Virus record (IMG/VR): IMGVR_UViG_3300012352_000388
Span: 1 to 40,658 of that record
Direction: 5' to 3' (one strand)
Origin: a virus
Lineage: Duplodnaviria > Caudoviricetes
DNA: 40,658 bases
Each line of letters begins with the position of its first letter. The stretch's first letter is position 1. The notes beneath the pieces were generated by a model. That model did no database searches, was not told where the DNA came from, and saw nothing but the letters and a program-made list of their open reading frames with translations. Positions 34,618 to 40,658 of the stretch are shown here, piece by piece. The translations under genes and the position numbers were made by a program.

Positions 34618-35459
34618 TTAGCTTCCTCTTGATAACTATATAGTTCTTCGAAGCCCTTGATCTGCTCTGCCTCGGTGCCAAAAATTTCTTGATATTTACT
34701 CCTCCAGATGGCTGACCAGTTCTTTTCTAGACTATGATTTTTCCATGGCTTATCTGGTCCTGCAAAGTGAAGGATCATTGGGTTCTTAACAGTGTGTGCA
34801 AAAAATCCAATTGTGCTTAGCCAAGATGTAAAGTTAAAGTTGATTGGCAGCTCTGACACATGGCCAGCTAAAAATATATTCATTAGGTCTTGCTCTGGAT
34901 AAAGGGTTATTCCATGGGCAGTAACACGATCAAGCATTTTGTCTGCTAGCCGTTCTGATCTCCAAAAATTTAAGTCTGTCTTGTATACCCCATTATTAAA
35001 GTAGATTCCATCTGTGCCAACAACAGAGATCTTGTGGTCATCCATGTTCTCTGACCTTGCAGCTATAGCGGAAGCCAGTGGATAGTCTATTAGTGACTGA
35101 ACATCTCTAAGAATGATAGTGTCTGGATCTATATAGATGGCAACATCTAGATCTGGGAACGAGTCTGCAATGAATATTCGGTGAAAACACTGCAGAGTAA
35201 TGTAAGATATGGATACGTCATCGTCAGAAAAATTATCTTGGATATGCTTTTGCTTATCTAGGGTGACAAAGCGAATCGCAACATTGTCTGGATTCCCACA
35301 TTTTTCAATGTACTTCTGCTGCAATGACTGGATATCTTCTGGAACTAGACAATAAAGATCTATTGGATCTCCGTGATAGTTTTCGCAAAATGTCTTGACC
35401 ATCACTAAGGCATAGTCGGAATAGTTTTCATCAAATGACGTGAATACCGCTTGCTTCAT
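34614..35459 (-). CDS. Glycosyltransferase family 8
   Basis: IYIDPDTIILRD, YFNNGV..DL..WR, EQD..N, ILHFAGPDKPW; paralog of 29554..30342. Confidence 0.9.
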   Translation of the reverse strand: MKQAVFTSFDENYSDYALVMVKTFCENYHGDPIDLYCLVPEDIQSLQQKYIEKCGNPDNVAIRFVTLDKQKHIQDNFSDDDVSISYITLQCFHRIFIADSFPDLDVAIYIDPDTIILRDVQSLIDYPLASAIAARSENMDDHKISVVGTDGIYFNNGVYKTDLNFWRSERLADKMLDRVTAHGITLYPEQDLMNIFLAGHVSELPINFNFTSWLSTIGFFAHTVKNPMILHFAGPDKPWKNHSLEKNWSAIWRSKYQEIFGTEAEQIKGFEELYSYQEEAK

Positions 35460-35476
35460 AACACTTCCCTAATACT

Positions 35477-35552
35477 TGGAGCCACCTGTCGGACTCGAAC
35501 CGACCACCTACGCATTACAAGTGCGTCGCTCTACCAGATGAGCTAAGGCGGC
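35477..35552 (-). tRNA. tRNA-Thr(TGT)
   Basis: Cloverleaf; ACGCA-CTTGTAA-TGCGT; encoded CCA. Confidence 0.93.
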
Positions 35553-35553
35553 A

Positions 35554-35630
35554 TGGCGATCCTGACCAGACTTGAACTGGCGACCCCTACCGTGACAGGG
35601 TAGTGCTCTAACCAACTGAGCTACAGGACC
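35554..35630 (-). tRNA. tRNA-Asp(GTC)
   Basis: Cloverleaf; CTACC-CTGTCAC-GGTAG; encoded CCA. Confidence 0.93.
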
Positions 35631-35634
35631 ACAG

Positions 35635-35705
35635 AGCAGACGACCAGAATCGAACTGGCACCTTCAACTTGGAAGGATGAGGCACTACCATTATGCAACG
35701 TCTGC
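35635..35705 (-). tRNA. tRNA-Gly(TCC)
   Basis: Cloverleaf; TCATC-CTTCCAA-GTTGA with U30-U40 mismatch; discriminator U. Confidence 0.88.
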
Positions 35706-35762
35706 GTTTGTCCATTTTTATTCCTTCTCTCATTTAGGAAGCGGTATGGACCACACCGTTAG

Positions 35763-35835
35763 CTGGGACAGCAGGGGTCGAACCTGCGACATTTCGATTA
35801 ACAGTCGAACGCTCTGCCAGCTGAGCTATGTCCCA
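35763..35835 (-). tRNA. tRNA-Asn(GTT)
   Basis: Cloverleaf; TTCGA-CTGTTAA-TCGAA. Confidence 0.92.
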
Positions 35836-35867
35836 ATCGTCCGTTTAAGGATGGACTTCCTTTAATA

Positions 35868-36641
35868 CTATGGTATCACATTTACAAACTTGTTGTCAAG
35901 CGATCCGACAACATACTTTGCAGCAACTGCAACATTGCCTGCTGAAGTTGTGTTTGGAATTAGGCCAAGCAGTTGTGACTTAAAAGAATAAACAGATGCT
36001 GATGCAAAGTAATCCGTATCTGCATTGAATGAGTAAGAGCTAACAGTTACGCCAGACTTATTTAAAGATCCTACGCCAACCGAGTTGGTCTGTGGCAAAC
36101 ATGCTGGATAGTCTACTGGTCCGTTAAACTTGTTTCCAGTTGCAGCAAACACTGGAATACCCTTGGCAGACAACGACGCAATTAGTTCTTTAACCTTTAG
36201 GTCTGCCTTTACAGCACCACCGAACTCTGCTGTTCCTGCTGTGTTAGGAGAACAAGTCTTGTTTCCATTGAAAGCTCTAGAGATTGACACTGCACCAATG
36301 CTGGATGAATTGTTATTTACCCAAGCAAGGGCACGAACAAAATCTCCAGTAGTCATCTCGTTAGTTGCTTTAGCTGTAGTGTTGGCTGAACGCACCGTAA
36401 TGATATTCAGGGTTGGGCTTTGTCGCTTTGCAACCTCTACCATTCCGTTACCATGATTTGCTGGATTAGAAATCAAAGCTGGCTTTGAGGTTAGGGTGAT
36501 ATTACACCCAGATGTAGCAACGCACACGGAAGCATTATCAAAGTAGGAATCGATAATTGCCAAAGACTTTGTCTCTGCTTGTGCTGGAACAACTGTAACT
36601 GATAGTGCTAGTACTGATAATGCGATAATTAGTTTTTTCAT
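35868..36641 (-). CDS. Secreted subtilisin-like (S8) peptidase
   Basis: Signal peptide MKKLIIALSVLAL...AQA; AIIDS (D), HGNGM (H), FAATGN (oxyanion N), YPAC, TTSAG (S). Confidence 0.8.
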   Translation of the reverse strand: MKKLIIALSVLALSVTVVPAQAETKSLAIIDSYFDNASVCVATSGCNITLTSKPALISNPANHGNGMVEVAKRQSPTLNIITVRSANTTAKATNEMTTGDFVRALAWVNNNSSSIGAVSISRAFNGNKTCSPNTAGTAEFGGAVKADLKVKELIASLSAKGIPVFAATGNKFNGPVDYPACLPQTNSVGVGSLNKSGVTVSSYSFNADTDYFASASVYSFKSQLLGLIPNTTSAGNVAVAAKYVVGSLDNKFVNVIP

Positions 36642-36652
36642 ACCCTTGTTTT

Positions 36653-36841
36653 CTATGCTAGAATTTTGATTACTGGGGCACACGGGTCTCCGCCGTCTTC
36701 CCACTCTTTTTCTTCTTCTTCGGACATGTACGGATCTCCGTCATGCGTGTAGCAAAAAGGCTCAGTGACCCAGCCCTTATCTATGCCCACCTGAAGCCAT
36801 TCCCAGACTTCGTCTCTTTCTTTGTAGTCGTCTACGCTCAT
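36653..36841 (-). CDS. Leaderless acidic hypothetical protein
   Basis: WL..GI.KGW...FC.THDG.P...EE..WE.GGDPC; promoter TTGACA-17-TAGAAT at 36848-36876. Confidence 0.8.
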   Translation of the reverse strand: MSVDDYKERDEVWEWLQVGIDKGWVTEPFCYTHDGDPYMSEEEEKEWEDGGDPCAPVIKILA

Positions 36842-36879
36842 ATATATATTCTACTCTCTTATGACGTAGATGTCAAGCA

Positions 36880-37263
36880 TTATTCGGAACTTAATAAGTA
36901 TTTTGTTAGTGCAGGGTTCTCACGAAGAACGCTCAGCATGGTGTCTTCATACATTGCGATAAAGTAGTGTTCCCAGGTTGAGATAATTTCATGTGGAAGA
37001 ACGTCTTCGGTGTTTGGCTTGATACCACTAGACCCATTAGAGAAACGAATCGCATGGAATAGCTCGTGGAACAGTGTTTGACGCTTGCGTGATGGTGGAC
37101 AGTGCTTGTCTATAACGATGACATTAGTCTTTTGTAGTGTATATCCGTATGCATCTTCTGCTATAAACCCATCATCTGCACGATCTCGCTCGATAACTGT
37201 CCAGTCCTGTGCCCCGATCTTAATCCTGGTTGGCATTTTTGGATGCTTTGTACTTGTGGCCAT
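36880..37263 (-). CDS. HExxH zinc metallopeptidase-like protein (ImmA/IrrE-like)
   Basis: YGYT....I.I...RQTLFHELFHAI...EH; promoter TTGAAG-17-TATACT at 37296-37324. Confidence 0.75.
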   Translation of the reverse strand: MATSTKHPKMPTRIKIGAQDWTVIERDRADDGFIAEDAYGYTLQKTNVIVIDKHCPPSRKRQTLFHELFHAIRFSNGSSGIKPNTEDVLPHEIISTWEHYFIAMYEDTMLSVLRENPALTKYLLSSE

Positions 37264-37353
37264 AAGAAAACCCCTCCTCTGTAGTGTTTCTATACAGTAT
37301 ACACTAAAAAGAAGGGGTCTTCAAGGGGTTGGTTGGGGCTAAAAGCCTTTGTT

Positions 37354-37629
37354 TTACTGCTCTGAGTTCTTGTCTACCTTAGCAAAGGCAGAGTTAATCT
37401 CGTCCAGAGTCAGCTTTCCATCCTCGAGGAAGGCTCTAGCTAGCTTTTCAACTACGGTGGCCACACCAAGGATACCTGCCATAAAGACAGCGTCTAGAAG
37501 CTGAACACCAACTACGGCTCCAGCACCTAGAACTGATAGACCTGAAGCTGCAAATACAGCCAGGATTCTCCAGATTACGTTTTTGATAGTAGCAAGTCCT
37601 CCTGCTACACCAGTTTCTAATTCATCCAT
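37354..37629 (-). CDS. Small two-TM membrane protein (holin-like)
   Basis: Two hydrophobic helices; C-terminal EDGKLTLDEIN.AF; AAAGGA RBS. Confidence 0.7.
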   Translation of the reverse strand: MDELETGVAGGLATIKNVIWRILAVFAASGLSVLGAGAVVGVQLLDAVFMAGILGVATVVEKLARAFLEDGKLTLDEINSAFAKVDKNSEQ

Positions 37630-37658
37630 TTTTGATTCCTTTCTACTTGGGGTTAAAT

Positions 37659-37874
37659 CTAAATGGTTTTTGTCTTTGCATATGCACTTCGATATGCGTT
37701 TTTATAGCCTCTTTGATAGGCTTGGAACTCTTCCATAGTCTTTTGCTTACCCTGGAAGTATTTCTTTGCTGACTCAAACGCCTCTTGTTGAAGAGTTTTT
37801 GAATCTGGCTCTAGATAATTCTTAATATAAGTAATTATCTTATTCAACTTGGTACCCCACTGCTGAGATGTCAA
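37659..37874 (-). CDS. Hypothetical protein (start uncertain)
   Basis: 71-aa ORF; AY.RGY..AY motif. Confidence 0.5.
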   Translation of the reverse strand: MTSQQWGTKLNKIITYIKNYLEPDSKTLQQEAFESAKKYFQGKQKTMEEFQAYQRGYKNAYRSAYAKTKTI

Positions 37875-37918
37875 GCTTTCTGTTTGTTTCTTGTAGTGTC
37901 AAATAATATTTATACATA

Positions 37919-38089
37919 TTATTCATCACCGTCCTTTCTCAATGGAAACGTCACCGCCCATAGGGCTAGCGTTCCCAAGATGCAATAGCCCACGATGGTC
38001 TTAGCAGACCCTTCGAGGACCACCCAGGCTACAAACATACCCAGTAGGGTCCATGCTTGGCCTAGAATATCATTTAAAAATTTCTTCAT
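37919..38089 (-). CDS. 56-aa two-TM membrane protein
   Basis: AAGGAG RBS; MKKFLNDILGQAWTLLGMFVAWVVLEGSAK. Confidence 0.8.
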   Translation of the reverse strand: MKKFLNDILGQAWTLLGMFVAWVVLEGSAKTIVGYCILGTLALWAVTFPLRKDGDE

Positions 38090-38090
38090 T

Positions 38091-39905
38091 TTACGGTTTT
38101 CTCCTTGTTGATCCTGATCCACCTGAAGAACCTCCAGATGCTCCACCTCCAGATGATCCTGCAGATGTTGAAGCTGCCGATGTTGCTGCTGCTGCAACTG
38201 CATTTACGGCTGCTCCAGTAGCAATAACGGATGCGATAACTGTCTTTTCTGCTTCCTCACGGACTGCAGGTGCCATGTCAGCACCAACGTTACCAAGATT
38301 ATTAAACACTTCAAGGGCTGCTCCTGCAGCATCTCCAAGTAGTGGGATCGCTGCAAGCTCAGATGGCAGCTCGGCATCGTCTGCCTCTGCTGCTACCGCT
38401 AGAGCCTCCAGGGCCTGCTCATAAGCTGCTGAGCCCTGTTCTGCGGTCTCGAATACAACCATGGCTGCCTCTACCAGTTGTTCTACCTGTGCATCTGTTA
38501 GATCTTCTGGAGCTGTCTCCACTAGGTTTGAGATTTCTTCTACCGCCTCATTTTCTGTAGGTGGCTCGGGAGCGGGCTCTGGAGCAGGCTCGGGTTCTAC
38601 GGGAGGCTCTGGCTGTGGTTCTGCAGGTGGCTCTGGGGCAGGCTCTGGCTGTGGTTCTGGCTCTACAACAGGAGGCTCTGGTTCCACAATAGGAGGTTCT
38701 GGCTCTACAATGGGTGGGGCAGGCTCAGGGCTTGGTGCAGGGGCTGGTTCTGGAGCAGGCTGAGGAGCAGGTTGAGGTTCTGGCTGAGGGGTTGGGGTAG
38801 GCTCTGGTGTTGGAGTTGGGGTAGGCTCTGGCACCACTGCTGGTGGTAATGTAGGTGTAGGTTCTGGAGTTGGTTCTGGTGCTGGAATCTGTTCATATAT
38901 TGGCAAGAATATCAAAACCTTTACTGTTCCGCCTGCTGGATCTCCGTACCTATTGTCTGAGTCAATGGTTACAGAAGTCTGTCCAGAGGCTAGCTGGGTT
39001 ATTACTGATGAAACATCTATACCACGAGTGGCATCATCTGGATCTCCGTACCACGCCATAACGCTTAGGATCCTCTGACCTGCTGGGGCCACCACCTCAA
39101 TACTTGTTCCTTCGGATAGTATCGTTGCCCCCTCTGGAACAAATGGTCTTGGGATAGGCTGTGGAGTGGGTTCCTGGGTAGGCTCTGGGGTTGGCTCTAC
39201 TGTTGGCTCTGGGGTAGGTGTTGGGGTTGGCTCAGCAGTTGGGGTAGGTGTGGGAGTAGGGTCTACTGGGGCATCTGTAGATTCTGGTGATGGAGTAGGT
39301 GTTGGGGCTACTGGCTCTGGTTCAAGTACTGGTGGCTCTTCGACACGAACAACACCATACTCTTCTAGGGTGACTACGTCTCCGTTTGTAAGACGAACTC
39401 CAGTTCTTGTTTGACCTTCGTATGTTGGGCCAGTTAGGGAATAAGATATTGAGACTGTTCCGTCTGTATTTATAGCAGCAACAATGTTAATGTTTGTTGG
39501 CTCTGTGGCTTGCTGTAGCCAAATAGGCCTAGCAGAGATATCTACCTGGAAACCGCCATCAGATGCTGCTATTGTTAGGTGCTCATCTGGTCGTGCCCAT
39601 GGGAACACAACCCAGTCCATTGAGTAAAGACTGATTGATGGGGTAGCTGGATATGCCCAATAGGTTCCATCTGGTCTACCAAAAGTAATTACCGAGTTAG
39701 TCGTAGCATACACCTGGTCATAAACAACGCCATCAAAAGTTACGGTAGTTGTCAGGGGTACTTGGTAGGATGAGTCATCTCCCCCAGGGGTTGTAACCAC
39801 CACTACAACTGGCTCTGCAGGTACGTCCTCTGCCATAGCTGGCGTAGCAAAAAACAATGGCAGGAATGCCATGGAAATTGCTGCTAACAGTCTTGGGATT
39901 TTGAT
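38091..39905 (-). CDS. Pro/Thr/Glu-rich exported surface protein with lectin-like domain and C-terminal membrane anchor
   Basis: Signal peptide ending AMA-E; two PEPT/PEPA-rich linkers; C-terminal hydrophobic stretch plus RRKP; start placed at ATC 39905 from the RBS (first ATG is 39872). Confidence 0.8.
   Translation of the reverse strand: MKIPRLLAAISMAFLPLFFATPAMAEDVPAEPVVVVVTTPGGDDSSYQVPLTTTVTFDGVVYDQVYATTNSVITFGRPDGTYWAYPATPSISLYSMDWVVFPWARPDEHLTIAASDGGFQVDISARPIWLQQATEPTNINIVAAINTDGTVSISYSLTGPTYEGQTRTGVRLTNGDVVTLEEYGVVRVEEPPVLEPEPVAPTPTPSPESTDAPVDPTPTPTPTAEPTPTPTPEPTVEPTPEPTQEPTPQPIPRPFVPEGATILSEGTSIEVVAPAGQRILSVMAWYGDPDDATRGIDVSSVITQLASGQTSVTIDSDNRYGDPAGGTVKVLIFLPIYEQIPAPEPTPEPTPTLPPAVVPEPTPTPTPEPTPTPQPEPQPAPQPAPEPAPAPSPEPAPPIVEPEPPIVEPEPPVVEPEPQPEPAPEPPAEPQPEPPVEPEPAPEPAPEPPTENEAVEEISNLVETAPEDLTDAQVEQLVEAAMVVFETAEQGSAAYEQALEALAVAAEADDAELPSELAAIPLLGDAAGAALEVFNNLGNVGADMAPAVREEAEKTVIASVIATGAAVNAVAAAATSAASTSAGSSGGGASGGSSGGSGSTRRKP
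38560..39335 (-). repeat. Low-complexity Pro-rich coding repeats (PTPTPEP, PEPAP, EPEPP) in two blocks
   Basis: Imperfect repeats such as GGCTCTGG on the + strand at about 38560-38885 and 39140-39335. Confidence 0.8.
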
Positions 39906-39965
39906 GATTATCTCCTTGTTAGTGGGGTATGACTAACAAAATAATTATATCATCGTTTAAACAGC

Positions 39966-39992
39966 AAAAGAGGCACCCCGTAGGATGCCTCC
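39966..39992 (-). terminator. Intrinsic terminator after nrdF
   Basis: GGAGGCATCC-TACG-GGGTGCCTCT followed by TTT. Confidence 0.85.
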
Positions 39993-40005
39993 GCTGCTTT
40001 AAGGA

Positions 40006-40658
<653 letters not shown>

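Noticed and set aside
35706-35762. Structured spacer between tRNA-Asn and tRNA-Gly as a tRNA-associated HDV-like or hammerhead ribozyme
   Set aside because: Stems exist (GTCCAT/ATGGAC, TTCCT/AGGAA) but I could not build the nested double pseudoknot or find the CUGANGA/GAAA core
38053-39414. Gly/Ser/Val-rich + strand ORFs
   Set aside because: Antisense shadows of the Pro-rich gene

Overview
A 40.7 kb segment of a large tailed dsDNA phage, most likely infecting an actinobacterium. Evidence for that host group is WhiB, class Ib NrdF/NrdH, an actinobacterial-type tRNA-Ile2 and many leaderless genes. No capsid, tail or terminase genes fall in the window. Positions 1-5400 are a + strand block of small acidic and Cys-rich early-type genes plus DUF932, punctuated by a repeated regulatory module. 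Positions 5000-6090 are mostly non-coding and hold a cluster of bipartite TTACGA-N13-TYCCHGA sites and three tandem DnaA boxes. From about 6650 onward the genes are mostly on the - strand. They include 12 tRNAs, nucleotide metabolism (thyX, dNMP kinase, nrdH, nrdF), stress genes (groES, dps, hsp20 with a ROSE-like thermometer) and an M23 endolysin-like gene. A large glyco-modification kit is present: gmd, ugd-like, epimerase, rmlB-like, Stealth, GT4, GT8 x2, GT32, GT60-like x2, three 2OG-Fe(II) prolyl-hydroxylase-like enzymes, two sulfotransferase-like genes and an APS kinase fusion. The best novelty candidates are a hydroxyproline-glycosylation-like gene cluster, the promoter/DnaA-box array, two stand-alone structured small RNAs and a covarying 3' pseudoknot. 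All family assignments come from motif recognition by eye, not database searches.
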